Shown: one piece after another, positions 12,201-25,186 of the stretch
Layout: every line of letters starts with the position of its first letter
How positions within the stretch are numbered: position 1 is the first letter of the stretch
Source of the DNA: Lama guanicoe
Taxonomy: Eukaryota
Assembly: GCA_013239625.1 (NCBI GenBank)
Contig: MU053995.1
Span: 186,001-250,000 of the forward strand
DNA: 64,000 bases
Reading direction: 5' to 3'
Translations under genes and position numbers: made by a program
The notes under the pieces: generated by a model
What the model was told of the DNA's origin: nothing
The model's database searches: none
The model's input: the letters and a program-made list of their open reading frames with translations, nothing else

Positions 12201-14279
12201 ATAATAATGTGTGCAAAGTGTTACCTGTAAAAACTTGCTGCCATAATACTTATGATACCAAAGCATTAGTAATAAATTAAATCTCCAGAAACAGAGATTA
12301 TTTGAAATTATAAGACATCTGTACTATGGAAGAATTAAAACTAATATGATAGACATTAATATGAAAGTGAAAAGACAATCTATAGAATGGAAGAAAATAC
12401 TTGCAAGTCATATATATGGTAAAGGCCTATTATGCAGAATATAGTAAATTAAAAATTCTTAAAATTCAGTAACAAAAAGTCAGACAACTCAATTTAAAAA
12501 TAAGCAAATGACCTGAATAAACAGTTTTAAGTTGATATAAAATGGTCAAAAAGCACATGAAAAATCACTAGTCATGAGGGCAATGCAAATCAAAACCACA
12601 ATGATATATCACTTTATACCTACTAGGATGACTTCCCTGATTAATTCTACCAAACATTTAACAATGTTAATACCCTTTAAACTCCTCCCAAAAAATGTAA
12701 GATAAGGGAATATTTCTTAAAACATTCTACATGGCTAGTATTAACTTATAAAGTCATAAAAAGGCATCACAAGTCACAAGAAAAGAAAAATAAAGACTGA
12801 TATTCTGATACAGGTGCAAATGTACTCAATAAAATACCCAAAAAAAAAAGCCACCCAAAAAAACCTAAGTCAACAACCTATTAAAAAGATTATACAAAAA
12901 AAAAAGATTATACACCATGATCTGATTGAATTTATATAATAAATGTAAGGGAGGATAAACATGCAGAAGTCAGTGTTACTGCAACACATTAATTGAAAAG
13001 GAGGGAAATACCACATCATCATCTCTACTGATACAAAAATAGTATTTTAAAAAATCAACATCCATTCATGGTAAAACACTCGGTACACTGGAAACAGAAG
13101 AAAACTTTCTATATATGAGAAAGGGCATTAATGAAAAACTGATAGCTAACATAACACTCAGTATGAAATTTATCTTCCTAAGATCCAGATTAAGACAAAG
13201 ATGATACTAGCAGTTCTAGCCAGAGCACTAAGTGAAGAAAAATAAACTGAGAGTGTTCAGATTGGAAAGAGAAAAAGAAAACTATCTGCAGATGATAGAC
13301 CCATATATAGAAAATCTTTTGTAAATGAACTAACTTACTACAGCTAAGAAACAAATTGGGCAAAGTTGCATGGTTCGAGTTCAACAGACAAAAATCAGAA
13401 TATTTCTATACACCACCAAGGAACAATTTGGAAAGGAAATTAAGAGACCAGTTTCACTTACAACAGCATCTAATATTTAACAACAAGGGTGAAAGAATTG
13501 TATAATGAAAACTACAAGAAGGCTTAAGCAATTGAAAAGATATGTGTGTTCGTGAATTGTAAATTTGAGATTGTTAAGATAGCATCACTACTCAGACTGA
13601 TACATATATATATATTCAGTACACTTCTATCAATATCCCCGTGGTCTTTTTTGCAGAAGTGGAAAAGCAAATCCCCAGATGCATATGGAATGGCAAAGGG
13701 CTTGAATAACCAAAACAATCTTCAAAAGTAGAACAAAGTTAGAAGACTCATTTAGCAATACCAAAATTTACAGCAAAGTTACAGTTACCAAAGCAGTGTG
13801 GTAAATAAACATATTGAGCAACAGAACAGTATCAAAAATTCAGAAATAAATCCATTCAACTATGGGCAATCCATTTTCAACCAGATTACTAAAACCCACT
13901 AACAGGGAGATAATGCTTCCCTCAAACTGGTGTTAGAACAAACTGGATTTTCACATGCAAATGGACATTTTCCACGTATAAATGAAGTTGGACTTTTACT
14001 TCATACTATATGTAAAAGTTAACTCAAACTGGATCAACAGTTTACCGGTAAAAGCTCAAAACATTAAATTATTTGAAGAAAATAGAAAAGCTTCATGACA
14101 CTAGGTTTAGGAATGGATTTTAGATAAGAGTTTACAGACAAGAGCAACTAAATGAAAAATAGATAACATGAATTTCATCAAAATTGAACATTTGGGGGAA
14201 GGCTTCCCAGGAACATTATACAAAAAAAAAAAAAAGGAAAAAGGCAATTTCTAGAGAGGGATAAAATATTTGCAAATCA

Positions 14280-14975
14280 GGAGAAGCGGTCGCAGGCTGC
14301 CTCTGAAGTAGTAACCGCACGGACTGCGGTAGGCAAAGCCGAAGCCGGAACCACACCGACATCACTGCCCCTGTCCTCTTTTGCCCTCGCCGTCCTGCCG
14401 GAGACCAAGTTTTCGAAGGAGAGCAGCTGCCCACGTCTGGAGCATTCTCCCCTGTCAAGCGAGCATTGACAGACCTGGCAGAATGATGCAGTCGATGCTC
14501 TGGGACCTTCTGCGACGGCCTGCGAAGCTCTGGGGAGGGCACAACCCGTGCCAACCCTGTGAAGGCGCCCCCAGGGCGAAGGATGAGCAGACGCAGGCCG
14601 GGCGGACTCTGAACAGCTCCACCAGTGGTAGGGTGAGAGTGGCCGGCCGACCGACCAACAGAGCCCCTCGTGAAGGTCTTGGCCATGTGCGCCTCAGAGA
14701 TTCTCCAGGAGCTGAGCAACGGGGACACGCAGCAGCAGCGGCAGCAACAGCATCCTGGGGCCTCACCTCCCATGGCCCCGCGGGCGGGCGAGCCCAAGGA
14801 CAGCACTGGGGACACGCGTTTGACAACAGAGAGGGCAAGGAGCTGGTGGCTTCGGGCGAAAAGTGTCTCAGCAAGGTGGGGGAGGCCTGGTCCCAACTCA
14901 TGTTGGGGGTGCTCAGGAGGAGCCTGCGGTGGGTAAGGTTTGGGAACAGAGGCTCGGGAAAAAAATTTTTTTTTA
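14280..14975 (+). pseudogene. GLS: Retroposed fragment of GLS (kidney-type glutaminase): 5'UTR, exon 1 and ~96 nt of putative intron 1
   Basis: ATG ATG at 14483. Peptides MMQSMLWDLL, EPLVKVLAMCASEILQELSNG and AFDNREGKELVASGE match recalled GLS MMRLRGSGMLRDLL, EPLARGLSSSPSEILQELGKG and AFGNSEGKELVASGE, in shifting frames. 5'UTR contains agccggaaccacacc. A7 tail; TSD atttgca(a/t)atca at 14268-14279 and 14976-14987. Confidence 0.88.
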
Positions 14976-15211
14976 ATTTGCATATCATATATTTGGTTAA
15001 GACTTAATATTTAGAATGTGTAGAATGAAATCCTACAACTTACAACAAAAAGAAACAATCAAACTAAAAAATGGGCAAGGGACTTGAAAAGACAAGTCAA
15101 AGAAGATATGCAAATGACTAAGAAGCACATGAACAAATGTTCAACATCTTTAACCAGTAGGGTAATGTGAATCAAAACTTCAAATGAAAGGCCACTTCAC
15201 ATCCATTAGGA

Positions 15212-15322
15212 CAAGAAAGAAAGGAGAGAATGAGAGAGAAGGACAGAGGGAGAGAGGGGGAGAAGGAGAGGGGAAGAGGGGGGAGAGGGAGAAAGGAAAA
15301 AGAAAAAAGAAGAGAAAAAGGA
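15212..15322 (+). repeat. Polypurine GA-rich low-complexity tract
   Basis: Direct reading of the sequence. Confidence 0.85.
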
Positions 15323-16264
15323 ATAGTGTTGACAAAGGTTGTAAAAAGTGAAATCTTATATGTTGTGATGGAAATAAAAAATGGGGCAGCTACTGTGGAA
15401 GATAACTCGTTAGTCCCTCAAAAAGACAAACATAGAATTACCACTGCGTAATCCCAATCTAGGTATCTATGCCAAATAATTAAAAACAGGGACTCAGAAA
15501 CTTGTACAAGAATGTTTATAACAGCACTATTCACTTACTCAAAAGCTGGGGGTAAATATTTATCATATGAGTGGGTAAACAAAAGGTGGTATACACAAAA
15601 GGTGAGATATTATTTATTCACAAAAAGAAAGTTCTGACATATGCTACAATATGTGTAAATTTTGAAAAATGCCAAATGAAAATGAGACAGACATAAAATG
15701 TCAAAATCATAATGATTCTAGTTATGTGAAATATCTAGGCAAATTTATAGAAATAGGCAATAGATATTATCAAGGCCTATGGAATGAAGAATAAAGTTAC
15801 TGCTTATGAGAACAAACTTTCTATCTGGAGTGATGATTAAGCTTTGAAAATATATAATAGTGATAGTACACTGTGAATGTAATTAATGTCACTGAGTTGC
15901 ACACTTTAAAAAAAAGTCAAATTGATCTATTTTATATTGTACATATTTTATCACTATAACTTTTTCACAAGTAGATCTTAAAATAGTATTTTCTATTTCT
16001 TTAAGGTTGTATCTGTATCAAATAATAGCTATTCACTAAACCTACTGTGGTGATTGCTTCATAATGAGTAAGTCAGATTATTATACAGTACACCTTAAAC
16101 TCATACAGCACTGTATGTCAGTTCTATCTCAATAACAATGCAGAAGAGGGGGAGTAAACCTTAGAGGAAATGGCATAATGAGATGTTGTTTTAACAGGTT
16201 AATTCATATAAGGAATACTTGAAGTATGGAACAAATACTATTAGTCCATACAAAGTGAAGCAGT

Positions 16265-19200
16265 GGCAGCCAAGATGGTGGAGTAGGAGCCTGAGCTTAC
16301 CTCCTCTTATGGACACAAACTAACTGAAGGACAACCATTAATAAAAAATACTGGAAACTACTTGTGGGGAGGGTGTAGGTGAGTGATAGAGTGCATGCTT
16401 AGCATGCACAAGGTCTTGGGTTCAATATCCAGTACCTCCATTAAAATAAATAAACCTAATTACCCCCCAAAATAAATAAAAATTGATGTTTAAAAATAAC
16501 AATTAAAAAATTCTAAAAAAATAAACAAAAACTCTGGAACCTACAAGACAAGATCTTTCATAACTTTAAACATAAAGAAGGAACCAATGGGTAGAAGAGG
16601 CATACTTGGAATATAATCAAATCCTATAACCCCAGGTGGGCGACCCACAAACTGGAGAATAATTATATTGCTTAAGTTCTCCCATAGTTGTGAGAGTCCT
16701 GAGACCCACACAGAACACCCCAGCCAAGGTTTCTGGTACTTGGAAGACAAGTCCCCAGAGCTCTTGGCTTTGAAAGCCAGCAGGGCTTAATTGCAGGAGC
16801 TCTGCAGGGCTGGGGGAAAGAGAAAATTTACTCTTAAAGAATGCACACAAAATCTCACACATACTGAGGCCAAGGTCAAAAGCAATAATTTCACAGGAGC
16901 CTGGCCCAGACCTGCCAGCTGGTCTTGGAGGACTTCCTGGTGAGGTGGGGGGAAGGGGGGGAGGGCTGGGACATAGACATGGTGGCAGACATAACAGGGA
17001 GTATTCATCTGCCTGAACTCTCCTTTTTGGAAGTGGATATCTTGCTTGGGTCATTAGCATCAAGACCTAGCCCCACCCAACAACCTGTAGGGTCCAGTGC
17101 TGAGATGCCTAAGGCCAAACAATATATTGGGTGGGGACCCATTCCCACCCACTAGCAAACAGGCTGTATAAAGGCTTTCTGAGCACACAGCCACTTCTAG
17201 ACATGGCCCTGTCTGGCAGAGGACCAAAACCCATCTCCACTCACCAGTGGGCAGGCACAACCTGTTCCAACTAAGAAGACTGCAGAAGTCTCTAAACTAG
17301 CCTTGCCCACCAGGGAGCAGACAAGAAAACTGTGTTCAAATAGATATGGAATGAGTGCAAACACAGGGCAGACACTACCCTGGGTCCAGCAAGCCACTCA
17401 CCCTTGGGCGATGTGGGAGTTATGCACTGCTGGGATGCATATGACATCTTCTATAGAGGGCCACTTCTCCAAGGCTGAGAAATGTAACTAACATACTACA
17501 TACATAAAAATACATATAGAAATTTAGACAAAATGAGGTGGCAGAGGAATGTTCCAGACAAAGGAACAAGATAAAATTCCAGAACTGAGTGATGTGGAGA
17601 TAGGCAATCTACCTGAGAAAGAGTTCAGAGTAATAATTGGAAAGATGATTTTAAAAACTTAGAAGAGAATGGATGCACAGAGCAAGAAATTAGACATTTT
17701 CAACAAAGGAGTTAGAAAATAGAACTACCAAACAGAGTTGAAGAATACAATAACTGAAATGAGTATTACAATAGAAAGAACCAATGAGAGAATAAATGAG
17801 GCAGAAAAACATATCAGTGAGCTGGAAGACAGAGTAGTAGAAATGACTTCCAATAAACAGGAAAAAAAAAGAAGAAAAGAAATGAGGTCATGTAAAAGAA
17901 ATCTGGGACAATATCAAGTGCATGAATATTCACATTATAGGCATCCTAGGAGAAGAAAGAGGGAAAGGAAGGACCTGAGAAAATATTTGAAAGATAATAG
18001 ATGAAAACTTCCCTAACTAGGAAAGAAAACAGTTATCCAAGTCCAGGAAGTGCAGGGTACCTAAGAGGAACACACTTAAATATATTGTGATTAATATGGC
18101 AAAAATTAAAGATAAAAGGACAATATTAAAAGCAACAAAGAAAAATTAACAAATAACATACAAGGGAATTTCCATAAGACTATCACCTGATTTTTCAGCA
18201 GAAACTCTACATGCTAGAAAGGAGTGGCGTGATATATTTAATGTGCTGAAAAAGAAAACATAACGAAGAATACTTTACCCAGTAAGACTCTCCTTCAGAT
18301 TTGATGGAGAAACCAAGAGCTTTGCAGACAAGCAAAAGCTAAAAGAATTCAGCTATATAGACTGCTATACTAAAACCTCATGGTAACCAGAAACCAAAAA
18401 TCTATAATAGACAAATATACAAAAAGAAAAAGGAATCCAAACATGACACTAATGATAGTCACCAAAATGCAAGAGAATAAAAGAATAAAAGGGGGAAAAA
18501 AGACCTAAAACAACAAATCTGAAAGAATTAACAAAATGGCAATAAAAACAGACATATCAATAATTATCTTAGATGTAAATGGACTAAATGCTCCAATCAA
18601 TAGACACAAACTGGATGAATGGATATAGAAACAGGATCGATATATCTGCTGCCTACAAGAGACTCACTTCAGGTCTAGGGACTGAAAGTCAGGGTATGGA
18701 AAAAGGTATTCCACATAAGGGAAAATCAAAAGAAAACCAGACGACCAATACTTATTTTAGACAAAATACACTTTAAAATAAAGACAGTTGCGATAGACAA
18801 AGTACACTACATAATGATCAAAGGATCAATTCAAGAAGATGGTATAACAATTGTAAGTATATATAGAAGCCCCTGAAAATATAAGGCAAATGTTAACAGA
18901 TATAAAGGGAGAAATTGACAGTAGCACAATAATTATAGTGGGGGACTTTAACATCTCACTTGTATCAATAGATAGATCATCCAGACAGAAAATCAATAAG
19001 AAACAAAGCCCTTAAACAATACATTAGACCAGATGAACTTAATTATATTTACATAGCATTCCATCTCAAGGATACACATTCTTTTCAAGTGCCCATAGAA
19101 CATTCTTCAGGACAGATCACATGCTGGGCAAAAAAGCAAGTCTTGGTAAATTTAAGAAAAATGAAATCATCTCAAGCATATTTTCTGACCACAGTACTAT

Positions 19201-20950
19201 GTGGCTAGAAATCAACTACAAGAAAAATAGTATAAAAAACAGAAACACATGGAGGCTAAACAGTAGGTTACTTAAGCAACCAATGGATCACTGAAGAAAT
19301 TAAGAGGAAATCCAGAAATACCTATAGAAAAGTGAAAAAAAAATATGATGACCAAAAACCTATTAGATTCAACAAATGCAGTTCTAAAAGGGAAGTTTAT
19401 AGCTACACAAGGTTACCTCGGGAAAGAAAAAAAATTACAAATAGCCTAACCTTACCACAAAAACAGGGAAAAAAGAAGAAACAAAACCCAAAGTAAGTAG
19501 AAGGAAAGACATCATAAAGATCAGAATAGAAATAAATGAAATAGTGACTTAAAAATAGAAAAGATCAATGAAACTGAAAGCTGGTTCTTTGAAGAGATAC
19601 ACAAAATTGATAACTATTTAGCCAGACTCATGAGGGAAGAAATGGGAGAGGATCCAAATCAATAAAATCAGAATTGAAGAAGTTACAACTGACACCACAG
19701 AAATACAAAAGATCATAAGAGAATACTACAAGCAATTATATGCCAATAAATTGGACAACTTTGAAGAAATGGACAAATTCTTAGAAATGTACAATCTCCC
19801 AAGACTGAATCAGAAGGAATAGAAAAGATGTACAGACCAATTACCAGTACTGAATTTGAATCAGTAATTTTAAAACTCTCAGCAAACTAAAGTCTAGGAC
19901 CAGATGTCTTCACAGGTGAATTCTACCAAACACCTAGAGAAAAGATAACATCTATTCTTCTGAAACTATTTCAAAAAATTGCACACAAAGGAACACTTCT
20001 GAACTAATTCTATGAAGCTACCATCACCCTGATACCAAAACCAGAGAAAGATACCACATAAAAATGAAAATTACAGTCCAATATCTCTTATGAAAATAGA
20101 TATAAAAATCTTCAGCAAAATACTAGTGAACTGGCTGAAATAATACATTGAAATGATCAACTGGGATTTATTGAAGGGTGTAAGAATTTTTCAATATCTG
20201 CGAATAAATAAATGTATATATCACATTAATAAGTTGAAAAATAAAAACCATATAATCATCTCAATAGATGCAGAAAAAGCTTTAAAAACTCTTCAGAACA
20301 TGGGCACAGAGGAGTGCACCTGAATATAATACAGGCCATATATGACAAACCCACAGTTAACATCATGATGATGTTGAAATCTGATGGTGAAAATCTGAGA
20401 GCATTTCCTCTAAGAACAGGAATAAGACAAAGATGCCCAGTCTCACCACTTTTATTCAAAATAGTTTTGGAAGTCCTATGCAATCAGAGAAGAAAAGGAA
20501 ATAAATAATCCAAACTGGAAAAGAATGAGTAAAACTGTCACTGTTTGCAGATGACACAATACTATACATAGAAAATCCTAAAGATGCTACCAGAAAATTA
20601 TTAGAGCTCATCATGAACTTGCTAAATTTGCAGGATACAAAATTAATATACAGAAATCTGTTGCATTTCTATACATTAACAATGCAATATCAGAAAAAAA
20701 TTTAAAAAGCACTTCCCATAATTCCAATTATCATTGCATCAAAAAGAATCAAATACCTAGGAAAAAACCTATCTAAGGAGGCAAAAACTTGTACTCTGAA
20801 AACTATGAGACATTGATAAAAGAAACTGAAGGTGACACAAAGAAATGAAAACATATATGATGGTCTTGGATTGGAAGAATCAATATTGTCAAAATGACCA
20901 TACTAGCCATGGCATTGTGCAGATTCAGTGGAATCTTTATCAAATTACAA
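16265..20950 (+). mobile_element. L1 with 5'UTR, ORF1 and ORF2 (EN and RT) remnants, 3'-truncated
   Basis: caagatggtggagtag start; ORF1 ATG ~17532; ORF2 atggcaata ~18535 (NVNGLN-like); many stops. Confidence 0.9.
16364..16527 (+). mobile_element. Vic-1-like SINE nested in the L1 5'UTR
   Basis: tRNA-like head; flanking repeats aaaaatactggaaactac and aaaaactctggaacctac. Confidence 0.85.
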
Positions 20951-20952
20951 TA

Positions 20953-21430
20953 GGTCAATAAATCAGCAGATGAGTTGTTGGGGCAGCGAATACTGACTTT
21001 ATTTGGAAGGCTGGAAGACCAAGAAAATGGCAGACTAATGTCTTGGAGAACCATCCTACTCAAGTCAGAATTCAGGCTCCCTTTATAGTAAAGGAGAGCG
21101 TGTATGGTTGGTTGTTGCATACTTCTTGGTGTAGGAATTCTTTGTTCTTGTAGCTGTCCTTGTGGATCAGGTCATGGTGCCCCTGTAAAACCTCTAACAA
21201 AACGTAATTTTCTATTCTGCAAATTATTGTCTTCATATAAGTGCAGAAGTATTAATATCCTTAAAGGTCAGATCCTTGCGAATAAGGTGCTCCTGTATAT
21301 TTCAGGCTAAAGGCAACATTCCTTTATAAAAGGTGCAGAGCTAGCAAGACTAAGCCTAGAAAACAGGGCACAGACTTAAAGCCAAAGAAACAGATCTAAT
21401 GTGGAGTCAGACTTGTTCTTTTATGTTACA
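20953..21430 (-). mobile_element. ERV LTR interrupting the L1
   Basis: Reverse-strand AATAAA (tttatt ~20998) and TATA (tttata ~21082); ends ...tgttaca. Confidence 0.6.
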
Positions 21431-21769
21431 CCCCCAGGTGAATGACAGAATGTCTCTAGTGATTTGGCCATTGCAATCCTATATTTGTCCCAGAGTACAA
21501 TCTACATTTCTCAGCACTCTCATTGACTTTACCAGGATCACTGTAGGACCCACAGATCTGATTCTGTTAACAATTTGCTGGGTATAAGTTCACAGTTTTC
21601 TGTTAAAGGAGTTCCTTAGGAGAGAAGATTCTGGGAAGAAGGCAGGATAGGAAAGATCAGGAATCTATCCTTCTGCTTGACAACAATGTACTGTCAAAAT
21701 GTAATGTTTGTACTGTAATGTAGTAATGTAATGTTTTAGACTCCAGTCTGTTGAAACTTGCTGCAATGA

Positions 21770-22630
21770 ATATGGTGCTGCAGAAAATTTTTTCTGAGAG
21801 TGATTTCCTTTTCTTCAGATAAATATCCAGAAGTGGAATTGATGGATTATATGATAGTTCTATTTTTAATTTCTTCAAGAAACCCCATAAGGAAGAGGTT
21901 CCTTTCCGCAGTAGACACACCAACTTTTAGTATCACCAATAATGAACAACTCTTCCCTTTTCCCACAAACTTGCCAACACTTATTTCTTGTTTTTTTGTA
22001 ATATTCATCTGTCAGTGACCTTGACTTCAGGTCGTGGGACACAAAGCCATGATCACAGCATGTTTGTAGTATGCAGTAAATAATGATTGTACGCATGCGT
22101 CAGTTAAATAAGTTTTAGAACAAAGAAAATAGAAGTATGCATGCACTAGAGATATTTTTTTTGTTGGGCAACTCACCTCCTCGAATCCCATTTCAGCTTC
22201 CCTTCACCCTCCCACTTCAGGCTGACATCATGTTAACAGGTGTGAAGTAATGTCTTATTGTGCTTTTTAATTTGCATTTCCCTGATGATGAGTAATGTTG
22301 AGCATCTTTCCATGCACCTGTTGACCACCTGCATATCTTCTTTGGGAAAATGTCTCGTTAGATCCTCTGTCCATTTTTCAATTGAAGTTTCAGTAGTATA
22401 TTTTTGTTTTGTTTTCTATTATTTGAGTTACTTATATATTGTGGATATTAACCTCTTCTCACATATATGATTTACAAATATTTTTCCCATGATAGGCTGT
22501 CTTTTATTTTGTTGATTGTTCCTTTGCTGTGCATAAACTCTTAATTTTGATGCAATTCAAATTCTTTATTTCTGCTTTTGTTGTCAAATCCAGAAAATCA
22601 TCACCAAAACTGATGTCAAGGAGCTTACAT
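21770..22630 (-). mobile_element. L1 ORF2 3' fragment, antisense
   Basis: Reverse-complement L1 text (ttttaatttgcatttccctgatgatgagtaatgttgagcatc). Confidence 0.85.
22010..22227. mobile_element. Internally deleted solo LTR nested in L1
   Basis: TGTCAG...CTGACA inverted ends, TSD tcatc/tcatg, same family as 9474-9863. Confidence 0.75.
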
Positions 22631-22679
22631 GAAAGCTATTACTACTGCAATTACTATCATTACGATTTTTACTGTATTA

Positions 22680-24065
22680 TTGTAATTTTAGTTTACAACT
22701 CCACATTTCATTTTCTATATAATTTAAGATACACACACTTTGAAACTATTGTTTATGTTTTTGGAAACACATGAATAAATATGTAACTTTGCAACATCAG
22801 CAACTAGAACAGTTGGAATGGAGTGGAAAAGGAGCAGAGTTTTTATAGATGATTGAACTTAAGTTAGTGAAAACAGAAACTAGAGTGTTACAGCTTTAGG
22901 ATATTAAATTTAAGCCCCATAGTAACCACAAAGAAAACAGTTTCAGAATAAACACAATAAGAAATTTGAAAGAAGTTTTAAAACTTTCATATTGTAAGTA
23001 TTTTTTAAAATTTATGTATATTCTAATTTTCACATCCAAAAAAAAAGAAAAATAATTTCTGGCTGGGAAGAGACTGCTTCTTTCACGCTAGCCAATTCTT
23101 CAAGACAGCAAGAGTCAGCAGAGACCATGCCTTTGATATGCAAACTAACCAATCCAGAAACATACCTCCTATCTCTTATTCCTGTACCACAGAAGGCAAT
23201 ATTTCTCTGCCTTAAACACCCAGGGCCAGGTGCGAGGCAATTAGGAACCACCCTATAGATTAAAGGTCACCAAAATTGTTCAGATTAGCCAATCCCAACC
23301 TGTTATCACGTCCTGCCCTTGGAAACCCCAATAAAGGCCATTCCTAATTCTTTGCTCTGTTCATGTCTTCTGAACATCCTGGCATCTTCCTCATATGGCA
23401 CTGCATAGCATGGTGTCCCTCATCTTTGGAACTTATTAGTATCCTTTGTTTTTCCTAAGCCTTTCCTGTGTTTATTCTCATGAGAACATCTGATCATTTT
23501 TTAATAAAATATTAAAAATACAAAAGTTTCATTACAAAAAAAATCAACAAAGCACAAAAGAAGACCATAGTACAGGAAATTAGGAACAAGAAAAACTATA
23601 AAGTGCTTACAGAAAACAAATCATAAAATGAGAGAAGTAAGTCCATCCTTATTGGTAATTACATTAATTTGTAAGTGGATTAAACTCTCCATCAAAAGAG
23701 GCAGGATAAAGGAAGGAATTTCTGACACATGCTACAAAATGGTTGAAACTTGAGGATTATGGTAAATGAAACTAAGCTGTAACTAAAAGACAAATATTGT
23801 ATGATCCCACTTATATAAAGTACTGAGTCAAAATCATTCAGACAGAAAGTACAATGGTGGCTGCCAGGGGCAGGAAGAAGGAGGAATAGGGAATGCCAAG
23901 TTAATTTCTAAAGGGTACAGAGTTTCAGTTTCATCAAACGAGTAGAGTTATAAAGATGGATTGTGGTGATGATTACACAGACTGCATTTAGTATCACTGA
24001 ACTGTACACCTACAAAATGTTAAGATAAAAAAATTGATGCTATGTGTATTATACCAAAATAAGAT
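22680..24065 (+). mobile_element. Old L1 fragments interrupted by an LTR-like piece (~23080-23490)
   Basis: L1 inter-ORF and 3' end text; the inserted piece has ccaat and aataaa elements. Confidence 0.6.
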
Positions 24066-24394
24066 AAAGGAATCCCTAGGACAGTGGTTTCCTAAATGAA
24101 TTTAGTCGTAAACTTGTGTTTCATTTTCAAAGTTTCAATGAGGATGCCCCTTGGTTCCCCTTGCCTTTTGACTATCTTTTAGGGATCACAATCAGCCCCA
24201 CAATACAATAAATAAACATTAAAGTCAAAGCACTCAACTTCCTTAGTCCCTTCATTTGCCTATACTTTTCCCTGCACATGCTAGGGAATTTCCTTACTTC
24301 CATGCATGTGATGGAAAAGAGGGACAAAGGAAATCTCACAGGGATGAAAGATTTAGGAAGCAAAATGGCAAAAGACTTTACATTTTGATTCATA

Positions 24395-24660
24395 AGTAGG
24401 TATTTTGATCTTCATCCAAAGTTCTTCTTTATACAAAACTCCTAAAACCCTTGTAATTTCCTAAGCAATGAGAACAATAGATGCATCTTTTATTCTAGTA
24501 TCTAGCTTTTGTTGCTAGCTCCTGAAATTGCCCCAAAGAAATCAGTAAGGTGGAATCAGTGTCATTTTTCACTCATAAAACAAGCTTGTTTCAACCATGA
24601 AGTTATGTTAATAAGGGGACTTTTGCAAAGCCCTAGATGACGACTGGATGGGGGCTAAAA
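24395..24660 (+). mobile_element. MER21-like LTR fragment
   Basis: ctcctaaaacccttgtaatttcct resembles the recalled MER21 consensus. Confidence 0.5.
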
Positions 24661-25186
24661 TATTTACACAAAGTGAGTCTGTGTGGGAGATTTTCTTCAA
24701 AAATGAAAGAAAAAAGTGAATGGAAGTGGGTAGGACAAAACTGACCATGACTGATCCATGTTGAAGTTGGTTCAGAAGACCATGGGGATTTATTTTACTA
24801 TTTTTATACATTTTAAGTCTCCCTAACTTTAAATTAAAAAAAAAAATCCCACTTGGTTCATTAGATCACTAGTTTAAGAAATGCTTGCAAACAACTGAAT
24901 TAGAGAAAACACTGACAAAAACTAAGAAATACTAATTATACTTATTTGCACAACAAAAGAATATTTATTTAAGCAGTTATGAACCAAAATTTGACAATTC
25001 TGTGATCATAGGAAGTAAAAAACAAATCATTTCACCTACAGTTCTATTTTTTAAAAGGTTTAGTGATAGAATTTTGATAGTTTACTGAAAATGGATATCA
25101 ACATTAGCAATCCCAGCTCTGACCACCCTGCCAATATAACTGCCAATAAAATATAGCAGTTTTCTTAATCAGAAAGCAAACATATA

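Larger units (their letters stand above)
12360..15960 (+). mobile_element. Cluster of old L1 ORF2/3' fragments; host of the GLS retrocopy
   Basis: Degenerate L1 ORF2 text continues across the 14280-14975 insert; L1MB-like 3' end near 15950. Confidence 0.8.

Noticed and set aside
14280..14960. CpG-rich segment as the CLCN4 promoter island
   Set aside because: Peptide and UTR match GLS, and the segment has a TSD and A tail.
14216..14988. 255-aa and 177-aa minus-strand ORFs
   Set aside because: Antisense to the GC-rich GLS retrocopy; their ends run into L1 and poly-A.
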